A DNA stretch of 64,000 nucleotides from Isurus oxyrinchus (taxonomy: Eukaryota). Of this stretch, positions 24,215 to 36,429 are shown one piece after another. Position 1 is the stretch's first letter. Every line of letters begins with the position of its first letter. Made by a program: the position numbers and the translations under genes. Below the pieces are notes generated by a model, which searched no databases, was not told the DNA's origin, and saw nothing but the letters and a program-made list of their open reading frames with translations. The stretch spans positions 35,340,001 through 35,404,000 of the forward strand of contig JANJGN010000026.1 of the NCBI GenBank assembly GCA_026770705.1, in the 5' to 3' direction.

Positions 24215-25479
24215 TGAGTGAGTGTTCCAGGCTTTATTCAGTGCTCTTTGGCTCTTTTACGCGTGGGAATCCTGACCCCAAGCAAACTGAGATCAAATAT
24301 TGGCAGATTGGCTTTTCAAACAGTTTTATTGTTGTTGTTGCCCTTGTGCACATCAAAGGGAACCGGTCTGGGAAATCTTGAGCCATTTGTTTATGTCCAC
24401 AGCTCTCTCTCCTCGGTAAGGGTCTCCAAGTTCATCCGGAATATTGATATTTGAACAGAGGCAGAGAAAGCTTTTCGGAGGAACAGCAACTAAAGCCTAA
24501 CATTACGAACCTCTCTTCCAGACGTCTAACTCAGACAAACTCGGGGAGATTCTGCGCCACTCGTTCCTGTAACAAAATATAGAATTTGACAAAGTCGGGG
24601 ACTGGGTGTAACACATGAAATATGCAATGACTATTTGAACATACACTCGCCATATAACATCACCAGAAAGGAACGTGGGGTGTATCAGGTTTCGATTTTG
24701 ACAGAAAATAACTGAATTTTAAAGGTTTTTTTATAGTTTTCTTCCGATGTTAAAGAATAAACATGAACTAGGGGCAGGCTTCATATATTGGGATGCCGAG
24801 GGGGAGTATAATATGTAAGAAAGCTCTCTGATACTGGCACAGGTTACAAACGGTCATATGAACAAACATAAGAGGTGCCTTTTTTGCCAGTCGCTTGAAA
24901 GTAAATGTCTCGGGTCTTCCCCGGATACTGGATGTACCAGAACAATGTTGAATCAGTTTTCAATTAACTGTGCAGCTCAAAGTAAAGATCTGCCTTTCCT
25001 GAAGCATTACGAAAGACGGATTCCAGGGCACCCATTCAGCCCTGTTTATCTTCAGAATGAGTGAATCATCTGGGTATAAATATAACCCTTGAAACACATA
25101 CATGCATTGATCATTTGAACATAGACTCTCTGAGCAACACGAAAAATAGTAAGAATAATATGAACAAGAAGAATGCGACAGAATAATGCAACCAAATCCT
25201 TCAGTAATTTAAGGCATTACTGAATTTCCAGGCAGTTGCCATTTACCTCACAGCCACACGAGACGGCGCTGCATCATCGTTTTTGGATGTTGCCTGCAGC
25301 AGATCAGTCAAAAGACTGGGGAATGAGGAAGGCCTTTCGTCCCATCTTATTTCGTCCGTCTAGAAATGCCCCGCACTCCGACAGTTTCCTCTGGTAAATA
25401 CAAAACTAATTCCTCGGTTTTGAATTCTGTTACTCTGGAATGCTCAAGAGGGCAGAATGGGAATAACACAGAGATCTTG

Positions 25480-26280
25480 GAGGATTGTGGAGCTCAAGGA
25501 GATGATAGAGATCGGGCGGGGCGCGGCCATGGGGAGAGAGATTTGAAATCAAGGATGAGAATTTTAAAATCAGTATGTTGCTTGGGTAGGAACTAATGTA
25601 CGTCAGGGAGCATAGGCTCTATTAACGAAACAGGACTTGTTGATAGTCAAGTCACTGAAGGCCGATGTTTTAATGAGACCAAATTTACCGAGAATGGAAT
25701 GTTGGAGACCAGGCAGGAACATCTTGCAGTTGCTGAGTCGAGAGGTAACCAAGTTATAGTTGGGGGTTTCACCAGCAGATGGGCTGAGATGGGGCAAAGT
25801 GCGGCGCTTATATGGAGGTGGAAAAAGGCGGTCTCAGAAATGGCACAAAGATGAAGTTGGAAACTCATCTCAGGATTAAATGTGACAGCAAAGTTGCAAA
25901 TAAACTGGCTTAATATCAGAATGTTGCCATGGAGAAGGATGGCGTCTTTAACTAGGAAATGGAGATTGAATCGGGGACTGAAAACAGTGGCTTCAGTCTT
26001 CCCAACATTTGTTTGGAGAAATTTCTGCTCGTCGGGACTGGAAGTTGGATAAGCATTGTGATAATTTACCAGCAGGGAAGAGGTCGACAGTGGTGGTGGT
26101 GGTGGTGAGGTAGAGTTTTGTGTTGTCAGCGTACATGTAAAAACTGAGGTTGTATTTTCAGATGACACCGCCAAGGGACAGCATGTAGATTCGAAATAGA
26201 AGGACACCAAGCAGAGATCCTTGGGGGACAACAGATGAGCAGGAGAAAAAACCATTACAAGTGAATCTCTGGCAACTGTT
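25480..26280 (-). mobile_element. Degenerate L2-clade LINE RT fragment
   Basis: Minus-strand ORF 25647-26255 with remnants N..KTE..VF, FFHL, and V.SRL..C (25603-25797). Confidence 0.65.
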
Positions 26281-26465
26281 TGAGTGACGATCCATCTCTT
26301 GATCTTAGATCTAAACTTACATTTTACTGGATTGAATCTGTATCAACTTGCAATATATTTCAAGGGAAACTCTTGCCAGATGACCTGCTGTTTTAACTCC
26401 CTATGTTACTGACTTAATTCCCTTTCCTGGTATTCATGCTTTCATTTTAATCACTGTCTTCCGCA

Positions 26466-26890
26466 TTGTCTCTTCCTCTGTTTCTCCCGCTGACTCTTCA
26501 TTCGTTTCTTTACATTTATCAGATTCTATGTGTTCCTCCCTTCCTGTATCTTCATCTAGTTCCCTCCTTGCTCTGTCGTTTCTCTCAATATCTCTCCCTC
26601 TTTTTAACTCGTTGTCTCTCCCACATTTTCAATCTTCCTTCATTTCTCTTTTATTCTTTCTCTGTCTCTGCCTCGGCCGATCTCCCTGTACTTCCGCCCC
26701 TTTACTCTGCTGCATGTCCCTCTTTACTTGTTGTTCTCTCTGTTTTTCTCAATTTCTCTCCTTCATTTCCTCCCCTTATCTTTGTTTCCCTTTCTGCCTC
26801 TCCCTCAGTCTTTCTCCTAGTATCTCTTTCTGTGTTGCTGTCTCCATCTCTCCATCAGTCATTTCCCCTATGTCGCTCCCTGTTTCCTGA
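26466..26890. repeat. CT-rich low-complexity tract
   Basis: Pyrimidine-rich (tc)n-like sequence that produces spurious S/L/F-rich ORFs. Confidence 0.8.
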
Positions 26891-27978
26891 GCAATGGATC
26901 TGTCAAAGTGCTTTACAGCCACTGAAGCAGTTTTGAACTGTAGCTGCTGTTGCCGTATAAGAAACTTTGTAGCCAGAATGTGCACAGCAAGATTCCACCA
27001 GCAGTAATGTGATAATGACCAGCTAATTTCTAATTATGGTGTTGAGTGAGGAATAAACATTGTCCAGGACATTGGGGATAATTTCCCTTCTTCAGAATGC
27101 TGCCAGGAGTTCAATTACATCCACCAGAAATGACAGCTGGGACCTCTATTTGAAGCTTCGCCCGAAAGATGGCATCTCAGATAGTGAAGGAATCTCTCAG
27201 TAATATACAGGATTTGCAGCCTTGACTTTGTATTCAAGTCCTGCAGTGACCATGGCTTCCTTTAAAAACAAGTATTAACCCGTTTGATGCTTGTGTTGCA
27301 TTGAAAATATTTCCATTGCATATCATTGCCGGGAGATTAAACTGGATTGGGTGAACGTTCATTATGTGCCTTTGTAGCCACTGCAATCTGTGCCACACGG
27401 GTGCAGGGCTCTACTACAACAACAAGCCCCAAAACCACAGTGTAAAAGTTAAAACAGTCTGCACCCAAGGCCATATACTCGATTCATTGCTTCAATTTGA
27501 ATGCAGGAACATACCAGTTAGCAGAACTGATGTGCCCATTCCCCGTCAGAAAATATATGCCCCTAATTTGTGTCTCCATTGGGTTTTGAATCAAATCGGG
27601 GTGAAAGGCCATTGTCTGTGCCGTTGACGTAATCGGTTCCCATCAAAGGTCACTATTGCATTCAGTCTAGGGTGAATTTCACTCCAGGCCCAATATTGTC
27701 AAAGGAGAAGCGTCTGACTCACCATGTCAAAATGTTCTGCTTGTTCTCAGAGGGCACCGTTGTTTGGTGTCAAGTAATGAGAAACAAGGCCCCCAGAGGG
27801 CGTGTCAGGGAAAATCTCATCGTTGGATGGTTCCCCTTCCCTCGGTGAGTATATAAGAGGCACTTGCCTTCATACCAAGCAGGAAATAATATAATCGATT
27901 GCATATCAGAATCATTCCGAATTAAATCGATTTTCCTGTAATATTCCAATTCCCCCGCCCAAAATCCAGGAAAACACA

Positions 27979-28383
27979 ATGAGTGAAATAGTGACTTTCA
28001 ATTTATTGATTTTAGGTGAGTGTTTTGTGCTGAAAATCGGTGTTACAACTTTTTTTTTGCTATTTCTTTGTTTCACTTTTCCCTGTCCTTCATTCTCAAC
28101 AGTGATCGGCGGAGAGGCTGCGATTCACCAACCACGGCAGATGTTTGCAGAAGAGGGACAATCGATTGAAATCCGGTGCAATGCAACGACAAGAGGTATG
28201 GAGAGCACCCACTGGTACAGAGAACTGGAAGGCCGTGGCCCGAAATTTATTCTATCTGCTATCAGCAGCAACTCCAGTGACGGACGGTTCACTCTCTTTA
28301 TTGACCCAACAAGAAGTTATAACATTCTTGGTATTGGCAGCACCGTGGTGTCAGACGCTGGAGTGTATCACTGTGCAACGAAG
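27979..28383 (+). CDS. TCR alpha/delta V gene (family D, short CDR2), apparently functional; leader 27979-28015, V exon 28103-28383
   Basis: MSEIVTFNLLIL|VIGGEAAIHQP...IEIRCNAT...THWYRELEGRGPKFILS...SDAGVYHCATK. RSS cactgtg/23/acaatatct at 28384-28422. Confidence 0.85.
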
Positions 28384-29000
28384 CACTGTGAGACAAAGAC
28401 TGAGCGCTTCAATACAATATCTACTGCAGGCTCTTATTAGACAATCTCAACGCGTCTACCTGCTCTCCGAAATGTTTTGGCTCACATATTGTTGCACATC
28501 TATCCTCAACAGGTTGTTCAGACTGTCCTGAATATGCATACTCTTTTATGGCATGTGGTTGTACATCTCAGTTCATCCTAGAACAAAGCGGTTATTCAGG
28601 CTGAGCTGAGTATTTTTACTCCTCTGCGTGGTAGAGTTAAACATGCTCCACCTATTCTGTCGGAAATAATTTTTACTGTATTCGAACTTACGGCACCAGA
28701 AAAGTCCATTTCGATGGTCACCATCCCAAAGAAATTCTGTTCCCCTCACTACCCTCCACAAGTATAAGAGGCACGTGCTGATCTTTAGACAACTAACCGC
28801 GGATGAAGGAAGCAGACAATCAACAATATTACGTCGTGAGTGAAGAATGCCCATTTCCAACCAATCCAAAAGCAGAAAGCCCACCTGACTGAAAATTTAA
28901 CAGGGTGGCTCTGACTATTCAATGTGTTTCCCTCAGTTCTTGTTCTCCTGATGTGAGTTGTGTGTCGTTTTCTTATTGCTATCTGAACTGCAAGGATGTA

Positions 29001-29437
29001 GTGACTGTACCACTCGTCATTCTGGTGCTGCTAACTTGTAGATGCGAGATCTGTACTCAATAATTCAGTGTTTATTTTCTGCAATCACCTTGCTCCCGTG
29101 TCTCATTGTTTGGATGTTTGTACAGGTCGATGTCTCTCGACCGAGTGCTGCAGTCTCCTGCTTCGCGAATAGTCCTCGGGGGGATTCGGTGCAGATAAAC
29201 TGCAGCTATGATGTGTCCAATATTTACGCTCCTGCATTGGTACAAGTGGAAATCCGGCCTCAGACTGGACTGGTAATAAAGCAAGCATTCGCTGGCAGGG
29301 AGAAAAGCGACGATGTGAATTGGGCCTTTCCACTGCGGAGAAATGGGGTGATTGAGAGCATGGAGAGTGCGGATACCTCTCTGTATTACTGTGCGTTAGA
29401 TCCCCACACTGAGAGGAAAGGTCACTGTACAAAAACC
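29001..29437 (+). pseudogene. TCR V pseudogene (family E), paralog of 32597-33012
   Basis: Leader start is GTG (29001). Exon from 29126 has frameshifts; GDSVQINCSYD and ESADTSLYYCALD are retained. RSS cacactg with spacer shortened to 17 nt, acaaaaacc at 29429-29437. Confidence 0.85.
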
Positions 29438-32400
29438 TGCTCCTGTTTGCAGTTACGGAACAGCTGCAGCAATGTCTCCAATAGCATAGGGCAGGCAAGA
29501 TGGTACAGAACGGGAGCAACAAAGAGAGGCAGTGAGGGTGGCTGCCGTGGGCAATGATAGCTCAAAGTTTGTATCTAACTCCCAGTTGAATACTGTTTTG
29601 ATCAAGAATCTTGGTCACATCATAAAGTATCGGACTGAGAAGGCAGTCACTCAGTGAGTGCAGTCTTTAGTGTGAGGAAAGCTTTCCCATTACATTAATG
29701 TGGGGTTATATTGAACGGTGACTTTAATGGGTGTTGGTCTATTTTAAGGCGATGTTTGGAAACTCATTGAAAGCGTCAACATAATCCTATTAATACGAAA
29801 GTATTCACACTGCGCTACAGTTACACTCTGCACCTGAAACAAAGAAGAAAAACTGTCTGAAAGAATGACATTGTGATAACGCTAGAACAACTTTTGAGTT
29901 TTACCCAGAGAGGCGAAAGGGAACCTTCCCCTTGTTTATCGCAGCGTATGGTTAATGAAACTCCACCCTGTGTTAATCATCTCAGTCTGTTGAGTTATAG
30001 TGATTGAAACGTTTCTAGAGTCACATGTAAACCAGACCAGATAAGGACGCCATATTTCCTTTCTTCAAGGGCTTTAATGAAACAGGTAGGTTTTTACAAC
30101 AATCGGTGATAGTGGTCGTGGTCAGCATTACTGATTTATAACCCAGAGTTGCTCTTTGAACGCGTGTCCCCAGAGTACTTCCCTGGGCCCCTGGATTTCC
30201 AGTCCAGTGATACCAATTTGCCACCGTCTCTCCAAACATGGATCACCTACATTCAATGCTACATTTTGTCAGCTTTGATATCATCTCTTACGAGTAACAT
30301 TCAAATCGGTGGGTAATTCCTCGGAGGGGGATTACAGCCCCTTCTCCAAATATCTGTGAAATTAGAGCCGGATGCCCATGTTCATTGTTTGTACAGGGCT
30401 CCAGTCTGTCATTGTGTTTTCCTCTCATATTCCCCTATTTCAAGTGATTCCTTTCTCAGCCTCAGTGAAGATTAATCCCGGGTGACGGAACTCCTTCTTT
30501 CAGAGGGAGCAATGACCGAGGCTCCGAGAGGCCGCTGCCCCCCTGCCTGACACTCATCAGCTTCATCACCTCTATAAAAGACTTTCACTGACCTACACAC
30601 TATATATTCATTGTCAAAAGTGTACAGATATCTTAGAATTCCCACCCCAACAGCCAAGGTTCATGACATCCCGGAAAAAGAGAATGCTTTTTTAGTGCCC
30701 AGATTGAAATACTGGTAATTATGTTCAGGTCCTGAATTTGAGGTGGAATCCACAATCTACTGATTCTGAAATCAGAGTCAAGTTGCTTCAGCTACTAAAC
30801 TGCTGAAAGGTTTAAGATAGACCATTATGACTACAATTGTGCCATAGCATTCGTTAACGCAGTTGCTGTTAAGCTTTCCTTTGCTAATTTCACGAATAAA
30901 AACGTCAAAAGCATAATTATAGAACGTTTGATTAATAAAAAATCAGTTCAAATAATTATGAAATGTCACAGCAAAGATGGAAAATATTCTTCTCACCAGA
31001 ACCATGTCCTCACTCTGAATAAAACTATCCAATTAGCTCCCCTCTCCACTTTCTCCAAAGGCCCACACATCTTTCACTTTCATGTATAAGTACAATTTCC
31101 TTTTGAAAGTGAAGCTGATTATGCTTCCTTCTCCAGACCGGGAAAGGTACTTCAGCTCATTACAACTCGCTGCATAAAAAAATCTAATTTACCTCTTTAG
31201 TATTTACGAATTGTCTGAACTCCGAGTGCTCTACCTATTATTCCTTCTGCCAGAAATATCAATATCTCACTAACAACTCTGTTAAAAGCCTTCATAAATT
31301 TAAACACGTCCATTACATCATTCTTTCCCATTCTCTACTCTAGGCAAACCAGTCGCAGTTTCTCTAATCTCTTAACATAACCGAGGCCCCTCATCCATGG
31401 TATAATTCTCGTAAACCTATTCTCGACCCACTCCAAGGCTAGGACATGCTTCTGAAAGTGTGGATTCAAATAAACTCAATCATTCTTCTCCTTCAGATAA
31501 TTTCGAATGATAAATGTTCTCTTAGAATTAAGCTGAGCAGTAATCTATGTAATACCAATATTGGTAACAATGTGATGTTGCTTTCTCCAAAGTGCTCAAC
31601 AAAATTGGTTTCTCTATCATTCAGGTGTCAGTAGATCACTGTCGCCACCTGCTGACGAACAGCTTCTTCTATAGGCCCCGGAGTTTCTCGGAAATGGTTC
31701 AGAATTCTTTCCGCAACCACGTCCTCTTATTGATTGATGTTCATGCACAGGAGTTTCTTTGAGCAAATCACGAGGGGCAAGAGATCAAGAGGAATTATAT
31801 GCAGACGGACCAAAATCGTTATCATAAATTATGAGAAATATTCCAAAGGAAAGTGAGCAGAAATGGAAAATGATAAACTGACACAGTCCTGAATTTGGTT
31901 TCTTTTCCCGCATCACATCCTTTGCTCATTTGTGTTAAAGCTGCGAGGGCAGACTTTCATGCCCAGCTTTCGTTCACTTCCTGTTATCTATAGCCCACCC
32001 TATCCCTCGCCCTAGGGGGGGTTTGAACCAGCTCCACGGTCAAAGCTCCCAGGAACTGTGCGCAGCTGTATGATGAATTACCGAAAAGCGCCAGTGCGGT
32101 TCTCCTTCAATTCTGTCCCGACACAAATTCAAAAATCTTACAGTTATGGTAATTTGAATATACAATTCCAGCACGAGAACTGATATGATAGGATTTCATT
32201 CCTTAAGACAATCTTTGTCCAGAGTTTCAAATGTTTGCAAAAGCCCGGGAGCCACGTTTGTCCCTTTGGAGAATCAGTGCCGCAGAGTTATTGCGTTCCG
32301 CTCACTTCCCACCACAAGGAGTAAAGGAAATTCCTGGCGTTTCGACAATTGACATGACGCGATGGGAACCGATGGCGAAAGGAGCAGGGGATCAAAAACA

Positions 32401-32596
32401 ACATCCTTACGTCACGATAACAAAGTCTATTTCCCACCTACCCAAGCGCAGCAAAACCACGTGACTGGAACATTATCTCTGGCTGTTAAATTAACCGGCT
32501 ATTGACCCCGTTCAGGCGCTCTGTGCTCTGCTGATGTGAGCTCTGCTTCCTTTTCTTACTGATACTTGAATTGCAAGGATGCATTACCCGGTACAA

Positions 32597-33012
32597 ATGA
32601 ATCTACTCCCTGTCATTTTATTGCTGCTAACTTGTAAGTATAGGGGATATGTCTGTAACCTGTAGAGAGTGTCTATTTATACTCACGTTGCTCCAATGTC
32701 TCATTGTCTGAATGTTTTTACAGGTCGATGTCGGTCGGAACAAAATTCCCAGTTTCCCACTGCGAGAACAGTCCAGAGCGGGGATTCGGTGCAAATAAAC
32801 TGCAGCTATGACATGTCCAGCACTTACGGAATGCACTGGTACAAACAGAGACCCGGTCAGGGACTGGAGTGGATAATGAAGCGAATATTGGATGGCGAAG
32901 AGAGAAAAGACCGATTCGATTTGGAACTTTCCACTGCAGACAAACGGGGCCAGTTGGTTATTGAGAAGACGGAGAGCGCGGATACTGCTGTGTATTACTG
33001 TGCCATAGACCC
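32597..33012 (+). CDS. TCR alpha/delta V gene (family E), apparently functional; leader 32597-32633, V exon 32724-33012
   Basis: MNLLPVILLLLT|CRCRSEQNSQFPTARTVQSGDSVQINCSYD...MHWYKQRPGQGLEWIM...ESADTAVYYCAID. RSS cacaccg/23/acaaaaacc at 33013-33051. Confidence 0.9.
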
Positions 33013-34913
33013 CACACCGAGAGGAGAGGCGGCAGTTACTGAACAAAAACCTCCCTCCTGTTTACAGCCCCGGAACAGCTGCAGCGATCTCTCCAATCAC
33101 AGGCAAGGCGGGTCGGAACGAGAGAAGCAAAAGGGAGGCTTTGAGCAGGGCTGCGGTGGGCTTCATAATATCCTTCAGATCGCGGCTTTGATGAGAGATT
33201 GCTCCAGTCACAGCATAAAGGATCCGAAAGCAGAAACAGTCACTCACTGTACGCGGTCTCGTTGTGAGAAAATCTTCAGCATTGCTTAATTGTAGGATTA
33301 TAATCAGTTGAGTCGATTCGGACATTTTACTAAATATGTGTGCATGTGATTTTGCTGTGTGACGGCTGATCCGAAATTTTAACAGTGATAATTCTTGACT
33401 CTGTCGCTCTTCAGTTTGGGAAATTATCTGTCAGGTCATACAAGCATAAGAACAAATAGCAGGAGTAGGCCATTCAGCCCCTCAAGCCTGCTCCGCCATT
33501 TAATAAGATCATGGATGATCTAATTTTAACCTGAAATCTGCACCCCATCTACCCTGATAAACTATCACCCCCTCCCTTACGAAGAATATATCCATATCTG
33601 TCTTAACATATTCAAAGTCTCTGCCTCCACCGCTTTTTCCGGAAGAGAGTTCCAAAGACTCACGATCCTCTGAGTGAAAAAAAAATCCCCCTCATCTCTG
33701 TTTCAGATCAGGTCCCTGGTTCACTGTACTGCTGATCTATCCAATGGCAAGAACAGACCAACGGAAGCAATACCCCAACAGCAAAATCAGGTCAGAGGAC
33801 AGGTACAAACGGAAGCTGTGGCCGGGGATGCCGCAGATTGAAAACTGAAAAAAGTGCGCGACGGTGATCAGCTGAAGCCGGAACTGATGGAGCGGAAATA
33901 GCGACGGTTGAATTTCCAGGAGACTGTGAGCATCCTGCACCTGTTCACACATCAGGTGACTGAGAACAAATAATGCGGGAGGGGCAGGTGGGGGCCAGAA
34001 TCAGAGGAAGATACAGGGCAGAATAAAGACTCCGCTTATCGTATCTGCGTCTATTCGAAAGAGCCATACCAATCGTCTTTCGCAAGCCACATTTTCTACG
34101 TTCTTTTCCTTTTTCTACTAATAAACAACTCCATATTGAAATTTACATTTGGATCCTCTTCCCGCATCATTTCAGGCACCGTATTCCAGACGGTAAAACA
34201 CACAATGTAATAAATAAAACAGATCTTTCCCTCAGTTTTTTCATGAAATCGAAATGATTTGGTTATTCAATCTTCTGATAATGGGAACAATTGCGATCTA
34301 ATATGTCAAAAGGGCATAATTTTTAGCACATCAATTGAGTCTCTCTTCTACCTTCTTTGCTACGAGGACAAGAAACCAAATTTCCGTATCCTGTTCGCAT
34401 AAACTTCCTTCGTCTCTGGTACCATTCTGATGTGCAGCGTCCGCACTTGATCCAAAATCTAGACATTCCTTCTACTTATTCACACCCATGATTTGGGCAG
34501 AGAACTCCAGCAACGATTTCTCAAGATTTAACATCACATTCCCACATGAACATCAGCAGCACAAAAGACTTTGTCTGAACAGCTCCAATTTACAGCTCCA
34601 ATTTAGAGTTTTGGGATCATTCGTGCCTTGATGTGCATTTCAATAAACCTTGGGTCCAATCAACGGCCGCACCCGAACACGGATTGAGCCGAATTCACCA
34701 GTGGACGGCACCAAATTCAAGAATGGGCGTCACCAAGCCACGTGGTAGAAACGAAAAAGCCAATAGGGATGATTTCCTGAGTGATGTCACAATGAGCCTG
34801 GCCACCTGCAGTGTGTGGGTGGAACAATGAGCTGAACAGACTCCGGGTTCCGTCCCTCCTTCTCAATCTCTGGCTCATTCCATTCACATTCATCAGGAGG
34901 GATTCATTCGGAC

Positions 34914-35441
34914 ATGTTTCTGATAATACTGGCGGCACTGTTGGACAGTAAGTACTGGATTAAGTTAATCAAGGCAGATTAGTAGATTAATGTACAGCGA
35001 TTGCGGTAGTATTTAAAACAATTAACGATTAGAAATATCCACATGATGGACAGCTGGGTAGATAGTAAGTTCCACAAAGTCACGGAGCTACAAACACTTT
35101 AGATCAACACTGTTTAACCGCTTGATATTTCATTCCTCTGCCTCACAGACGGATTCTGCGCTGATCCAGTAACTCAGTCCCCAGGCTCAATAACGGTGTC
35201 AGAAGGGGTTTCGGTGCAGTTAGACTGTGAATATACAGATCGGAATATGTACAACATGCAATGGTATCGGCAGCAGACGGCACAGCCACCAATTTGGATT
35301 ATTACCAATGCCTTAGCACAGAAGAAAAATGAAATTTCAGGACGATATCTGGCGGCTGCTGACAAGTCTCAAAAGAACGGTTACCTCAATATAAGCGAAT
35401 TGAGTGTGGAGGACGGGGCAGTGTATTACTGTGCAATGAGG
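34914..35441 (+). CDS. TCR alpha/delta V gene (family C), apparently functional; leader 34914-34947, V exon 35149-35441
   Basis: MFLIILAALLD|NGFCADPVTQSPGSITVSEGVSVQLDCEY...MQWYRQ...EDGAVYYCAMR. RSS cacagcg/23/acaaaaacc at 35442-35480. Confidence 0.9.
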
Positions 35442-35789
35442 CACAGCGTTTGATCGCAGCTAGAAGCCCGTACAAAAACCTCAGCAGTTTTTGCTCCCGG
35501 GTTCCAGAGAAGGGAAACAGACAGGTCTATTTACCGCAGGTTTATTGCCCTGTTTGTCCTTGTCCAAATCCACAGAGAAGCAGTTTTGGGAAATATGTAA
35601 ACTTATCTCCATGCCACCATTTATAGTGGAAATAGTTCCGAACTTATCCTGAAAGTGGGTTTTCCAACAGAGGTAATGATGGGTGGATTGATCATCTTAT
35701 TCTACTTATTTAGACAAGCACTTAATTTAATTTACATTGTAAATATCATTATGTTAACTTTATTCTTGCTTTGGAAGCTGTTTCTTTTC

Positions 35790-36095
35790 GCTGGGAAAAA
35801 AATCAGAAATTGGTTTCTCGAGAACGCAAGAACAACGATTTTGCGTCAACATAACTCTACTTTCTCTGCACATGAACTTATATTCTTGAACCGGCAACTC
35901 TCCAGTAGAGCTCCCGAGTATTTCTTCCTCATATTCAGTGATGAAAGAGTTGACGGAAGATTTGAAGTATCTGCGGACCGTGGGAAAGGCTCTGCTACTC
36001 TCACTATTCACTCAGTTCAGTTCTCCGATGCTGCCGTTTAGTACAGTTCGGTGAAGCAGGGGGAGGCAAAGAGTTGAGGAAACTGTACCAGAACT
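35790..36095 (+). pseudogene. Degenerate TCR V pseudogene
   Basis: RQLSSRAPEYFFLIFSDERVDGRFEVSADRGKGSATLTIHSVQFSDAAV*YS. Cys and Trp lost; degenerate nonamer accagaact at 36087. Confidence 0.75.
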
Positions 36096-36429
36096 ACTCG
36101 ACATGGGGACTGGGGACACAGTCAGGACATGGGCTTTAAAAACGAGATCGATACAATTCAATTCTGCAAAGAAAAAGCAGCTCATCATCCGAGTGATTTA
36201 ATGGAATGAAAATATTTTTATTTGTAATAACATAACATACAGATTATCTCTTTGTACAAAATAAATCTCACATGGAAAGGATCTTTCCTCTTGTAGGCGA
36301 ATCTAGAACTTGGGGTCACTTAAAATAATGGGTCGCCCATTTAAGACAGAGATGAGAAGATTTTTATCTGTCAAAAAAGTAGTGAGTCTTTGGAACTCTC
36401 TTCCTCAAAGGGCAGGGGTAGCAGTGGCT

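Noticed and set aside
26466-26985. Overlapping hydrophobic S/L/F-rich ORFs
   Set aside because: Products of a CT-rich low-complexity tract.
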